Assembly (NCBI GenBank): GCA_018221105.1
Contig: JAAOYA010000009.1
Span: forward strand, 1-64,000
Source of the DNA: Candidatus Woesearchaeota archaeon
Lineage (GTDB): Archaea > Nanobdellota > Nanobdellia > Woesearchaeales > JAAOYA01
Direction: 5' to 3'
Length of the DNA: 64,000 bases
Part shown: positions 30,718 to 45,000 of the stretch, piece by piece
Position numbering within the stretch: position 1 is the stretch's first letter
How the letters are laid out: each line of letters begins with the position of its first letter
Program-made: the position numbers and the translations under genes
Notes under the pieces: model-generated
What the model was told of the DNA's origin: nothing
Database searches by the model: none
Seen by the model: only the letters and a program-made list of their open reading frames with translations

Positions 30718-30918
30718 ATGTTACACAAAGAATTAAACACTAAAAAAATAACAATTTCACAATTACAAGTTAGTCCCGCGCTCACTGACAAGTTCTTAAA
30801 ACAATTAGAGCACCCATCACACCTATTAATTGAGCATTTACAAGAACAAATAGCTTTGAGAGACCAACTATTTGAAGCTGGTGCACACGAGCGAATAAAA
30901 TTACTTTTTAAGAAATAA
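30718..30918 (+). CDS. Hypothetical protein
   Basis: 66-aa ORF with host-like codon use, convergent with the next ORF. Confidence 0.45.
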   Translation: MLHKELNTKKITISQLQVSPALTDKFLKQLEHPSHLLIEHLQEQIALRDQLFEAGAHERIKLLFKK

Positions 30919-31245
30919 TCATTTGAAATTGATATCTACAATATCTGGCACAAAAAGACTTAAACTGGATGATTCTTCCTTAAGAGTGCCATCTAAAGTT
31001 ATAGATCCTCTATCATTGCTCATAATCAAATCTATAATAGCTTCCGCGCTTTCTGTGCAAACAACAATCTCGCCTAAACGTGCAAAAACTGTTTCATCAC
31101 TTTGAAAACGATATAAAAACTCATTATTTTTCAATAGCTCAATTGGAACTTGCATTGTATCACCTATAGGTGCTATAGGGTTATATGCTATATGTCTAAG
31201 AGCTGGCGGTAAGCTTTCATAAGTTGCTTTTTGAGTTTCTGGCAT
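30919..31245 (-). CDS. Hypothetical protein
   Basis: 108-aa ORF with AGGTGA SD on the minus strand. Confidence 0.6.
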   Translation of the reverse strand: MPETQKATYESLPPALRHIAYNPIAPIGDTMQVPIELLKNNEFLYRFQSDETVFARLGEIVVCTESAEAIIDLIMSNDRGSITLDGTLKEESSSLSLFVPDIVDINFK

Positions 31246-31335
31246 TTTTTCACCTGTTACTAATAGTGCACGTCAAGAAAAGTTATATATAAAGTTTCGG
31301 ATAACTTTATAAAATAAACACTCTAAAAACAGTTT

Positions 31336-33138
31336 ATGGGAGGCAGAGTTATAGTACCGGATACTAGCGTGATAATAGAATGCATACTTTCTGCTAAAAT
31401 AAAAGATTTAAGACCTGACAAAATAATCATTCACGAAGCAGTGCTAGCAGAGTTAGAACACCAAGCCAACATTGGAAAAACAATAGGTTTTATCGGGCTA
31501 GAAGAACTACAACAATTACAAGAACTAGCAACACAGTACAATATAGAACTAGAGTTTGCAGGTCAGCGACCAAGCCCTCAAGCAATAAACCACGCAAAAA
31601 GTGGTGAAATTGACGCAATAATTAGAGACTTAGCATATTCTGAAAGTGCAATACTACTAACTGCTGACAAAGTACAAGCGCAAGTTGCAAAAGCAAAAAA
31701 CATTGATGTGTTATTAGAAACAATAATTGTGAAAAAGAAAAAATCAGTATTAGAAGAATACTTTGACAATCAAACAATGAGCGTTCACTTGCGCGAAGGC
31801 ACAAAGCCAACAGCAAAAAAAGGCATTCCTGGAAGTTGGAAACTAGTGATTATCAAGAATAAAACACTCAATGCAAAAGACTTGCGACTAATAGCTCGTG
31901 ATTTAGTGGAGCAAGCCAACAATCGCGATGATAGCTTTGTAGAATTAGAGCGTGATGGCAGTACAATACTACAAATTGGAAAGTTCAGAATAGTCATCAC
32001 AAAACCAGCATTAAGTGATGGTTGGGAAATAACAGCAGTTCGACCAGTAAAAAAACTCTCACTAAATGATTACAAACTATCAACAAAACTATCTGACAGA
32101 ATACAAACGCAAGCTGAAGGAATAATGATAGCTGGAGCGCCAGGACACGGCAAAAGCACATTTGCACAAGCACTAGCAGAACATTACGCTACTAAAAACA
32201 AAATAGTCAAAACAATTGAGGCACCGCGAGACTTACAACTTGACGCTAGCATAACACAATACGCCAAAAGCCACGCCAGCACAGAAGAATTAAACGACAT
32301 GCTACTGTTAACACGGCCTGATTACACAATATTTGATGAATTACGCAACACTGAGGACTTCAGATTATTTAGTGACCTGCGTCTAGCAGGCGTTGGAATG
32401 ATAGGAGTAGTACACGCAACAAACCCACTCGACGCAGCACAACGTTTTATTGGAAAAATAGAATTAGGAGTTATAGCACAAACAATTGACACAATAATAT
32501 TCATACAAAACGGTCAAGTAGCAAAAGCGTTAAGTTTGCAAATGACTGTTAAAGTGCCAAGCGGAATGACAGAAGCAGACCTGGCAAGACCAGTAATAAG
32601 TGTTGAAGACTTTGAGACTGGCAAGTTAGAATTTGAAATTTATTCTTACGGCGAGCAAACAGTAATAATACCGGTAACAAAAGAAGTTCAACCAACAATT
32701 TTGAAGTTGGCACAAAAAACACTACAAGAAAAAATTAGCAAATTACAAAAAGATGCAAAAGTAGAAGTTGTTAGCACAACAAAAGCAATAATTTATTATC
32801 CAAAAAACGAAATAGGAAAATTGCTCGGTGCAAAAGGAGAGCGCATCAAAAGATTAGAGCAAGAACTAGGATTAGCACTTGATGTAATGCCGCTTGACAA
32901 TTATACTGAAACAAGTGAAGGGTTAGATTTCAAATTTTCTAAAACAACAACAAGCCTAATATTCTCATTAGATGATAGTATAATCGGCAAAGAAGTCAAG
33001 ATAATAGTTGGCGGTGATAAGTTAATAGTTGCAAAAGTTAGTAAGAAAGCACAACTCAAAATCAAAAGAAACAACAAAATTGCAAAAATACTAGAAAAAG
33101 CAATAAAAAACAACGAGCAAATAACACTATTGATATAG
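31336..33138 (+). CDS. PINA-type PIN-domain ATPase with KH domain
   Basis: VPDTSVII PIN domain, GAPGHGKST, RPDYTIFDE, GVVHA, PSGMTEADLARP, GxxG KH motif. Confidence 0.9.
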   Translation: MGGRVIVPDTSVIIECILSAKIKDLRPDKIIIHEAVLAELEHQANIGKTIGFIGLEELQQLQELATQYNIELEFAGQRPSPQAINHAKSGEIDAIIRDLAYSESAILLTADKVQAQVAKAKNIDVLLETIIVKKKKSVLEEYFDNQTMSVHLREGTKPTAKKGIPGSWKLVIIKNKTLNAKDLRLIARDLVEQANNRDDSFVELERDGSTILQIGKFRIVITKPALSDGWEITAVRPVKKLSLNDYKLSTKLSDRIQTQAEGIMIAGAPGHGKSTFAQALAEHYATKNKIVKTIEAPRDLQLDASITQYAKSHASTEELNDMLLLTRPDYTIFDELRNTEDFRLFSDLRLAGVGMIGVVHATNPLDAAQRFIGKIELGVIAQTIDTIIFIQNGQVAKALSLQMTVKVPSGMTEADLARPVISVEDFETGKLEFEIYSYGEQTVIIPVTKEVQPTILKLAQKTLQEKISKLQKDAKVEVVSTTKAIIYYPKNEIGKLLGAKGERIKRLEQELGLALDVMPLDNYTETSEGLDFKFSKTTTSLIFSLDDSIIGKEVKIIVGGDKLIVAKVSKKAQLKIKRNNKIAKILEKAIKNNEQITLLI

Positions 33139-33192
33139 AAACTTTTATAAACCATGTCGGGCATTACAGAATAAAAAAGAGGTGAACGTTTA

Positions 33193-35598
33193 GTGGATAA
33201 GCAATCTGCACTTATTTTATGGTTTGACCAGTTGAACATACAAGACGTACCAATTGTTGGCGGCAAGAACGCGTCACTTGGCGAGATGTACTCACAACTC
33301 ATCCCAAAAGGCGTCAAGATTCCTAATGGTTTTGCAGTAACCGCGGCAGCATATCACATTCTACTTGACGAAGCAGGCATTCGTGATAACATAAAAACAA
33401 TACTATCAGATTTAGACACGAAAAATCTCAAAAACTTACAAGAGCGCGGTCACAAAGTACGCCAAACAATACTAAACGCTAAAATTCCACAAGTATTACA
33501 AGACTCCATATTTGAAGCATACCAAAATCTAGAAAAAGAATACGGGCAAAACGTTGACGTGGCAGTCAGAAGCAGTGCTACTGCTGAAGACTTGCCAGAT
33601 GCGTCTTTTGCAGGACAACAAGAAACTTATCTTAATATTCGCGGCGAAGCACAACTACTTGAAGCTTGCAAGAAATGCTTTGCATCACTATTTACAGATC
33701 GAGCGATTAGTTATCGCGTTGACAAAGGATTTGATCATTTCAGTATAGGACTTTCTATTGGAGTGCAAAAAATGGTTAGAAGCGACAAGGCAAGTAGTGG
33801 TGTGATGTTCTCAATTGATACAGAAAGCGGTTTTACAAATGCTGTTTTTATCACAGGATCCTGGGGGCTTGGCGAGAATGTTGTGCAAGGAGCTGTCAAT
33901 CCTGACGAATTTTATGTTTTCAAGCCTACTTTGAAAAAAGGTTTCAAACCGATAATAAGCAAAAAAGTTGGCACTAAAGAAATAAAAATGATTTATAATA
34001 AAGATGGCAACAAACCAACAAAAAATGTTCCAGTAGAGATCAATGAAAGAAAAAAATATGTTGTCACAGATGATGAAATACTAACTCTTGCTAAATGGTC
34101 AGTGATAATTGAAGATCATTACACACAAAAGCGCGGTCAGTACACTCCAATGGACATGGAATGGGCCAAAGACGGGCAAACAAACGATTTATTTATAGTG
34201 CAAGCACGCCCTGAAACAGTACACTCACAACAAAATCATAACATACTAAAAAAATACGTTTTAAAAGGCAGAGGCAGAACACTAATATGCGGTCAAAGTG
34301 TTGGGGAACGAATTGGAGTTGGTGAGGCAAATGTCATAAAAGACGTACACGACATACACCAATTCAAAAAAGGCCAAGTATTAGTGACAGAAATGACAGA
34401 TCCTGATTGGGAGCCAATAATGAAAATAGCCTCCGCAATAGTCACTAATAAAGGCGGGAGGACTTGTCACGCTGCAATAATCAGTCGCGAGCTGGGAATT
34501 CCTTGTGTTGTTGGAACACAAGAAGCAACAACAACAATAAAAAATGGAAGTGACATAACAGTCGATTGCTCTCAAGGAAGCGAAGGCTATGTTTACGCTG
34601 GAGAACTAAAATTTGAAATTGAAGAGCACAATCTTAGCCACATGCCAAAACCCAAAACTAAAATAATGATCAATGTTGGAGATCCAGCAAAAGCATTCGA
34701 GGATAGTTTCTTGCCAAATGAAGGAGTAGGATTGGCACGCGAAGAATTCATCATTAACTCTTACATTAAAGCACACCCAAAAGCATTATTACAATTTAAC
34801 AAGTTAACTGACGAGAAAGCAAAAAAAGAAATTGAAGAATTAACATTTGGTTATCATGACAAAAGATATTTTTACGTTGACAAACTAGCAGAAGGAATAG
34901 CGCAAATTGCTGCAGCGTTTTACCCAAAAAAAGTTATTTTGCGCCTTAGCGATTTTAAAACAGATGAGTACGCAAACCTAATAGGTGGAGCACAGTTTGA
35001 ACCAGAAGAATCAAATCCTATGATAGGATGGCGTGGCGCAAGCCGATACTATGATGACAAATACGTTGAAGCTTTCGGCCTTGAATGCCAAGCAATAAAA
35101 AAAGTTCGTGAAGTCATGGGACTTACAAACATAGTATTAATGGTGCCATTTTGTAGAACTGTAGAAGAAGGCAAAAAAGTCTTACAAACAATGGAGCATT
35201 TTGGACTAAAAAAAGGTAAAGACTTAGAAGTTTATGCGATGTGCGAAATACCATCAAACGTTATACTTGCAGACGAGTTTTTAGAAGTTTTTGACGGTCT
35301 TTCAATTGGAAGCAATGACCTGACACAATTAACACTTGGACTCGATCGTAACAGTGAATTAGTAAGCAAGATTTATGACGAGCGCAATGACGCTGTAAAA
35401 AAATTAATACGGCAAGTCATAGACGTTGCAAACAAGAAAAAAAAATACATAGGTTTTTGCGGTCAAGCACCAAGCGACTTTGAAGAATTTGCAGAATTCT
35501 TAGTTGAAGCTGGAATACAATCAATATCATTAAATCCTGATACAGTAATAAAAACAAGTCAAGTAATTTATAAAAAAGAGCAAGAACTAAAAAAATAA
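33193..35598 (+). CDS. ppsA: Phosphoenolpyruvate synthase
   Basis: VGGKNASLGEM, VRSSATAED, GGRTCHAAI phospho-His, NPMIGWRG, SIGSNDLTQ. Confidence 0.97.
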   Translation: MDKQSALILWFDQLNIQDVPIVGGKNASLGEMYSQLIPKGVKIPNGFAVTAAAYHILLDEAGIRDNIKTILSDLDTKNLKNLQERGHKVRQTILNAKIPQVLQDSIFEAYQNLEKEYGQNVDVAVRSSATAEDLPDASFAGQQETYLNIRGEAQLLEACKKCFASLFTDRAISYRVDKGFDHFSIGLSIGVQKMVRSDKASSGVMFSIDTESGFTNAVFITGSWGLGENVVQGAVNPDEFYVFKPTLKKGFKPIISKKVGTKEIKMIYNKDGNKPTKNVPVEINERKKYVVTDDEILTLAKWSVIIEDHYTQKRGQYTPMDMEWAKDGQTNDLFIVQARPETVHSQQNHNILKKYVLKGRGRTLICGQSVGERIGVGEANVIKDVHDIHQFKKGQVLVTEMTDPDWEPIMKIASAIVTNKGGRTCHAAIISRELGIPCVVGTQEATTTIKNGSDITVDCSQGSEGYVYAGELKFEIEEHNLSHMPKPKTKIMINVGDPAKAFEDSFLPNEGVGLAREEFIINSYIKAHPKALLQFNKLTDEKAKKEIEELTFGYHDKRYFYVDKLAEGIAQIAAAFYPKKVILRLSDFKTDEYANLIGGAQFEPEESNPMIGWRGASRYYDDKYVEAFGLECQAIKKVREVMGLTNIVLMVPFCRTVEEGKKVLQTMEHFGLKKGKDLEVYAMCEIPSNVILADEFLEVFDGLSIGSNDLTQLTLGLDRNSELVSKIYDERNDAVKKLIRQVIDVANKKKKYIGFCGQAPSDFEEFAEFLVEAGIQSISLNPDTVIKTSQVIYKKEQELKK

Positions 35599-35684
35599 CT
35601 TTTTTGCCACAAAATTTATAAAACACAAAAAGCAAAAAAATATTATTCAATGTCTCTTGCGAGGGGAAAAAGAGGTGACCATAA

Positions 35685-37325
<1,641 letters not shown>

Positions 37326-37335
37326 TTTTATTCTC

Positions 37336-39021
37336 ATGAACTCAGACATGCTCGCAGAGCACATCAAAAAAAGCATTAAAAGCGGTATTTCTAAAAAAAA
37401 GACAGTTTATTACTTGCGAGGACTAGGTTATTCAAAACAAAAAATTGTAGCAGGCTACGATGAATACCACAAAAAGCATAACATATTGCAAAAGGCACAT
37501 CACAGAGCGCATTTTATCACTAGTAAAACTGGGATGTACATTGAAGAACTGATACTTTTTGCAATAATTGTGATGAGCGTTCTTGATTTCTTGAATTACT
37601 TGCCAGGAGATATTGACATAGTAAAAAAAGTTTTGTCATGGACAGCAGTAGGCTACCTTATTTACAAAGTGCAACTATCAAATATTTTTTTTGGAGAGCA
37701 CAACAAACGTCATGACAAGTTAATACTAATAACTTTTCTGATATTAATAGTGAAAAAAGTTGTTCATTACAGCATCAGAGTGCGCGAAGAAACAACATTG
37801 CTTTATTATTTTCATGATTTGATAATATCAAACGCTGCAATACTAGAGTACACTGCTTTGATAGCGGGTTCAATACTTTTGTTTGTTCTAGCTTTTTATT
37901 TTGCGATAACAGTAGAGCCACGCTACCCTTCAGTTTTGACAGTGATGCACAATAGTGTCAACAGACCAAAAAACCCGTTAGAGTTAATCACAAGGTTTTT
38001 GTCAATATTTTTTATAATGACACTTTTTTACTTGTTTGTTTTTGATCCTTTGATGGAGTGGATTGCAATAGCTGTTGACGCCCCGCTTATAGTGATAGCA
38101 TTATTTGTCTATATTTTCTTGTTTGCAAAACACGCCAACAAGTTTCACGCTGAAAGCTTTTTGTACAAAGTTGGAACTGTGGGAGAGCGTTCCATCGAAA
38201 AATTTATTGAACTTTTTAAGTATCGTGACACTTTCTTTTTAGGAATAACAGGACTTATTGGATTGCACTTACTCGTTGACATTGGAGTTTTTATCATCCC
38301 ATACATTACAGGTCTTGGCAACGCATTATACTTTGAGCTTACAGGAGCTCACACTCCACTAGTAAAACTTTTGATTGGACAATTGCAAAACACTACGCTT
38401 TTGATTGACAAGATTTTTATTAGCATAGCGTACTTGTTCAATGTCATTGGAATAATAATGCTTTTTATAATGCCATCACTAACATGGTATGTGCTTTACA
38501 CAAAGAAAAAAATTTTCATACCCAAAAGTTTACTAGCATTATTTTTTGCCAGCACAATAGTTTTACTTTTTGCTCCAGTGCTAAAATTATCTTATATTAA
38601 AAGACCTATAACTGAAGGTTTTATAGGTGTGGACATTCAAACAATGACTTTAGCCACTAATGCAATGTTAATACTCTTTATTGCTTTTGGCGTGATGGCT
38701 TTTGTGTACGCTCTTAGTTATTTGCGTTTTGCAAAAAAAACTTTTTTAGTTATTGGAACTATTATAGCAACAAGCATTTTTGGCTATTACATATACTTTT
38801 ATTTTTTATCAACAGCAACTTTTTACTTAGATTCTATGATAGCAGTACAAAATGTACAATTGCTAGCAAACGTTTGGTTATTGTCATTTGTTCAATCACA
38901 AGCTAATAGTTTTCTAGCAAGCACTTTTGCAGTGTTTTTGTTCGCGTCCACTTTATTTTATACAGGTGGAGTAGTATTATTCTTGCTAGAAGTCATTCGC
39001 GGAGCTCACTTATTAGAATAA
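37336..39021 (+). CDS. Polytopic membrane protein of unknown function
   Basis: About 12 hydrophobic segments after a short N-terminal soluble helical domain. Confidence 0.75.
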   Translation: MNSDMLAEHIKKSIKSGISKKKTVYYLRGLGYSKQKIVAGYDEYHKKHNILQKAHHRAHFITSKTGMYIEELILFAIIVMSVLDFLNYLPGDIDIVKKVLSWTAVGYLIYKVQLSNIFFGEHNKRHDKLILITFLILIVKKVVHYSIRVREETTLLYYFHDLIISNAAILEYTALIAGSILLFVLAFYFAITVEPRYPSVLTVMHNSVNRPKNPLELITRFLSIFFIMTLFYLFVFDPLMEWIAIAVDAPLIVIALFVYIFLFAKHANKFHAESFLYKVGTVGERSIEKFIELFKYRDTFFLGITGLIGLHLLVDIGVFIIPYITGLGNALYFELTGAHTPLVKLLIGQLQNTTLLIDKIFISIAYLFNVIGIIMLFIMPSLTWYVLYTKKKIFIPKSLLALFFASTIVLLFAPVLKLSYIKRPITEGFIGVDIQTMTLATNAMLILFIAFGVMAFVYALSYLRFAKKTFLVIGTIIATSIFGYYIYFYFLSTATFYLDSMIAVQNVQLLANVWLLSFVQSQANSFLASTFAVFLFASTLFYTGGVVLFLLEVIRGAHLLE

Positions 39022-42000
39022 ACCTTCTCTAAAGCTTTATCAACACTTTCTTTTCTCCAACCCAAGCGCTCCAAGCAATGACGTATTGTTGGCTCTCCAA
39101 CATTATCTTGTTTTAAATGATCAATTTCAGGAATCAATTCTGCTGTTTCAAACTCAATATTTTCAATTGCTTTTTGCACTTTTGTCTCTTCTTTTTTAAG
39201 CCTTGCTTCTTCTGCGCGAGCTTCTACTTCTTCTTTTCTAATCTCAGCTTCTTTTTCGTGCAAATGCTCAATTTTTGATCTATTAAAAATCTCTAATGTT
39301 CGATAAAAAACTTTTACCAGTGGAAACTTGCTCATGTTCTCTTTGAACTTTTCAAAATTAAGCTTTTGCGCTACGCGCTTTTCTTCATTTTCTATTATTA
39401 CTTCTTGACTTTCAAGATTTTTTTCAGCGTTATAAATTGCGCGCTCTTCTTTTTTCAGCGCAGTCATTTGACTCATTAGTTCAGACTCTACAATAAAAGC
39501 AGAGTTGAAACGATTAAAAAATACAAAACCCAAAACCACAACAGGCGTGATTAATATTCCAATAATATAGCTTAACCATTTAAGCCAAGGGTTTTGCGAG
39601 AGTCCCCTGTCAGCTATTGCAACATTTTTGAATTGTTTTTTACACTCATCTAACAAGTTCTTATTAATACTGTACGATAGGTCTGTAGTTTCTGTCATAA
39701 TATCAAAATGCCATACTATAAGAGGGTCTGTTTGCTCTACTTCAAAATTCCAATTATTAAAGTGCACTCCAAGCTCTTCTTCAATTTGCTCTGGTGTCAT
39801 GTTAGCCTGCAACAATTCAATAACACACTTTGGAATATCCTCGTAAACACTAACATTGTAAAGTGGTGTTGCCACATCAATTGTTAAATTAACCAATGTT
39901 GTGTTTGTTGAGCTGTTAAAAACAAAACTTCTGTTAGTGCTATAATTTTCTGTTAGTTTTTGAGAGTCCATCTTCAAACTAATACTCTGCCAGTCTGAAA
40001 TCTGATTAGCATCGGCTATTTTGTCAATAATCTCTGAAATGTCATCATCAATATCTAAAACATCATCAACAATACCAGGCGATTCATTAGTTGGAGTGTT
40101 AGTGGTGTTGACAGTGCTATCGCCTGTAATATCTTCAAAACCAGTAGTGTTAGTATTATTATGGACTATGATAGTATTATTATCAGTGTTATCTGGAGGG
40201 GGACTACTGCCACCTCCGCCACCTCCGCCAATGTTTGACGTGCTATCACTACCATCGCAGTCCTGGTCAATGCCATCATCCAATACTTCAGGCGCCCCAA
40301 CATGAATTGTGCTATCAGTATCATCACAATCACCTAAAGTATTAGGATGAGCTAGTTGCGGATAATGAATGTCGCCGTCACCGTCTTCGTAGACGTAAAA
40401 AGTGTTGACAGTGCTAATGCCAACACTTGTTGAATCATTACAAATGACATTCCAATTATGAGCAATAGTTGAATAAGCTAGACCAGTAACATTCAATGTT
40501 GCGTTCGCTGTAGGCGTTAATATTACGCTTTGATTTTGTGCACCATCAACATACAAAGTGCAATTGACTGAAGCGTTATCATCGTCTACTGTGAAGTTAA
40601 GTGTTATGTTATGAGTGTTTGTAAAAACAAAATTATTAATTGGTCGAAGCGCTGTAATAGTAGGACTAATGGGTGATGCGAGAGTAGTAAAATTGTATGG
40701 TCCTTGCTGTGCTGTATTAGTGCTAGGATCCCTACTGCTAACATTATAATAATATAAAGTGCCGGATTGCAAGTTATTGACTTGCACTAAATGATGAGTT
40801 GTGTTGCTGCTAAAATTAGTAGTGCCAGGACCCAATGCTGTTGTAGTGCCAATAAATATTGTTGCAGTAGCATTTTCATCAGTATCCCAAATTATAACAA
40901 CAGACTCGTTAGTGATGCTAACATTTGACACATTACTAATAATTGGTGGCAGTGTATCAGTAATGTTAAAGTAGAAAGTTTGAGAAATATTACTTAACGC
41001 TCCATCATTACAATAAACATTCCAAAAATAAGAGCCATAACTTGCAGTGGTATGCTGCATTGTTGTCAAAGTATTATTTTGTACGCTATCATTGTAGCTA
41101 ACATTAAAATTATTAACTCTTAAAGTACAATTAAAAGTGTTATTGCCACCAATAACTGTAAAATTAAAATTCACAGTTAACGAATCATTTAATTGAGTAT
41201 TAGTTGGTGGAGCGCTAAGATTAATGCTTGGCTGTACAGTATTAACTAACGCTACCTGTGTGACATTAACAAAAAACGTTTTGCTGGTGTTAGTCCAGTT
41301 TTGACTGCCACTATAAACTGCTGTCACAGGGATTATTTTTGAATTATTAAATTCTACTAAGTTATTAATTGGTGTCGTGCCATTATTTACTAGAGTGTTA
41401 TTAACCCATAATTCAAGGTAGCCTTCAGTAGAGTTAACAGTAGCGTCAATTGTCAAGTTAGTGTATTGTAAAATGGTAGTGTTTGACTCTGTATTGTTGA
41501 TTGTTAAGTTCAAGTAAGTTGTAGCTTGAATGACTGTTAAGGTTTGAATACTAGTGTTGTGTTGAGTGTAATTTTGTGATTGTGGAGCCGCGCAAGTAAA
41601 ATTATAAGTTCCAGCTGAAAACCAACTAACATCAATTTCTTCAGCAAGGTTTAGTGTCAGACCATTTCTTACTAGTGTTCTATTAGGCTGTAATGTGTTT
41701 GACGTACAATTAATTGTTACGTTTTGACCGTAAGTTATAGTGCTTGGTATTATTGTAATATTGAACACTGGAGTGGCTCTTTGTATTGTGTAGCTAAAAT
41801 TGATAGTGTTATTCTCATAGCCCGAAGTGTCATTGGCAAAATACTGCCACCCGTAAACTCCTGCTGCTAAAGGTCCAATATTATAATAGTATTCGTTAGA
41901 ACTATTGAATACTGATCGATTAATAGTCCACGGCCCTGTAAAATTGTGCGCTATCCAAACCTGGTCTATGCCACTAGCATCGACCCAAGTAGTGTTAAAC

Positions 42001-45000
42001 TGGTAAGTTAGTGTTTCATTATATGTTGTGGGACTTGTCGGATGTGTTTTATTGCTTGTCCAGTTTGGAGGAGAAGTGTCAACACTAACATTAAAACTGA
42101 TACTTGTGCTGTTTATATTGTTTGACGTGTCATTAACATAAATTGTGAAAGTGTACTGTCCATTAACTAATATTTCGCTGCTATTAGAACAACCAACCAG
42201 TGAATTATTGCTTGTTCCATTATAATACCAACAAGTATCAAGGTTAGCATCGCTTACAGTATAATTTATTGAAACATTATTTGAAGCGTATGTTATGTTT
42301 TGAGGTTCTTGCACTGTTAAAGTTGGTATTATTGTGTCATTAACTGTAAAATAAAAGGTTTGTGAAACATTACTGTTTGTGCCGTCTGTACAATTAACAC
42401 TCCAATTGTATTTAGTAGCATAACTTGGGACACTAGCTGTTAGTATTGTTGCAGTGTTGTTTTGCACTGTAAAACTATTATTTACTAAACTGTTGTCTAA
42501 GTACAATTCACAGGTTAGCGTGGTGTTTACATCATCAATTGCTGTGAAATTAAAATCAATAATTAAAGTGTTATTAATTTGAGTGTTATTAAGCGGCCAG
42601 TTTAAACTAATGCTTGGCGGGACTATGTCGGAGCTACTAACTTCTAACAATACAATGCTATAAATTCCTCCATGGTCAATAGTATGATGGCTGATGTTAT
42701 AATCATAGCCTGATTTATTAGCCCATACTTCGTGAGGTGTTAGTGAAATGTTTAAGTAGCCGGTAGAATAACCTTTCAGTGCTGTTCCTTCAATTAACAA
42801 AATATTATTTGTTAAACCTGAAGGACTAGTGTTTAAAGTGTCAATGTACAAACTGTTATTATCATAAATTGTTAAGTTTGCATTACTAATTGGAATACCA
42901 CTACTGTTTGTCACGTTAAAAAAAGCGTAATGATAAAATGTTAGGTTTGATGTTGTGTTAACAATGTTTAATCTTGCGCGATCAATTGTAACATTTAAAA
43001 AAGTAGCAAAAGAATTTTCGCCGATTTTTGTAGCATTACTAATTCCATAATTGTATACTATTGTGTTTTCTACAATTGCATTACTAGCGTTTGAAGAAAA
43101 TATCATTGTAGCACTGGTTGTTGAAGCGTTCAAAACACTGTTGTTTATTGTAGTGTTTTCACTTTGTCGAATATCAAGACCCCCGCCGCCTAATACTTTA
43201 AGGTTGTTAATGTAATTGTTATTGCTGCCTTGCAAGCCACTAAACAATAGTATGCTCGTAAAAGCAGAATTTGTTGTCACATTGTCAATAATATTGTTGT
43301 TTGATGAGTGAGTAGTATAACCTATTCTTATATTATCCCAGTTAGAATCGTTAAAAACAGTGTTTATTATAGTGTTATTATCGCCTAACAAATTAACTCC
43401 GTAATCATTGTTGCCAAAAAAAGAACTGTTGATTATTGTGTTGTCAGAGTATATTGTCAGGCCATAATTGCCAACTTCTGCGGGCAGTGTTTCACCACAA
43501 TCAATAACACTACTATTTTCTAAAAGAAAATCACTGTGCACTACCCAAGTATAATCAATACCTGTGTTAGTGCTGTTTATCAAACTGTCATAAACAAACA
43601 TTCCACCAGCTTGATCAGTAACATTTATTCTGCCTGCAGTAGCCATTGTCAATGTCACATTATCAAAAGTAAGGTTTGCACTATTATTGATTATTATATT
43701 ACCATTAACTGTTAGCGAAACATTCTCGCAAAAGGTTGTTTGGTCAACAACCCAATTGCCATTGCCAGCGTAATCAGTACCTGAGCAAAGCGGGGCGGAG
43801 GCATTGTTTAACAAGTTAATATTGTAAACGCCGGAGTGGTCGATAGTGTGATAGCTAATGTTAATATCATAACTTGGAGCGATAGCACTAACATTGTGCG
43901 GGTTGCGCGTTTCGTTAATCGATGATTGCATGACTACTTCTGCAAGAATTGTTTGATTAGTTAGACCATTAGGATTGGCGGTAAGATTTAACACACTGTT
44001 GCTATTATTGGCTTGTACTGTGATGTTCGCACCACTAACAGGCAAGCCTGAAGTGTTTGTCACGTTAAAGATAGCATAATAACTAAATGATATGTTTGCC
44101 CCGGACTCTATTAATAAATTGAACCTGTCCACTGTTGAGTTTATTATTGTGGTGGTAGCGTATGCTTGCGCCCACATGTCATCTATTGACCCTGCATTAG
44201 TTATCACAGTGTCTACTATCATAGTGTTTTGCGAGTAATCACTGACGTAAACACCGTAACAGTCGCCTGAAACATCAATTAATGAATTATTGATGATTGT
44301 GTCACTGGAATTTTCTACCCATATGTGATCATCATAAATAACCCAACACCCATCACTGGATTTTATATTGTTTAAATAATTAGAATTACTATTCTTTATG
44401 TGAAGATTTCTATAATTTGTGGCGTTAATAGTTACATTATCTAAAGTGTTGTTCGCTCCTCCTTCTATCCTTATGCCAACAGTTGCAGTCTCGACTCGAG
44501 TGTTTAATATTTTGTTGTTGCTTCCCACTATGTATAAAGCGTTTATAACATTTTCAAAATGTGAATTGTTAATGGTCACGTTATCATTGTAAATTGCCAA
44601 GCCGCGAACTAAATAATTACTGCCGTTGCCAACATTTCTTACAATAGAATTGTCCATGATAAAAGGCGCGTACACACGCCAAGTATAATTGTACTGGTTG
44701 TTGCTTTGCACTGTGCTATTATAGACGAACATTCCGGTTGAGGTCGCGAACACTTGAATGTCTAAATCGCCATCAGAAGAACCGTTTAGGTTCAACGTGA
44801 CATTATACAATGTCAGGTTGCCACCGGTCGTAACATTCACGTCACCGTAAACAACAAAGTTTGCATTAGAGCAAACAGTCTCTTGATCAACAACCCAATC
44901 ACTGCTACCACTGTACTCGCTGCCAGTGCACGCTGGCGGCGTGACTTCTGCTAAACTGAAATAGTATGTTCCAGAATGATTAATGCTTACGTTAGTATAA

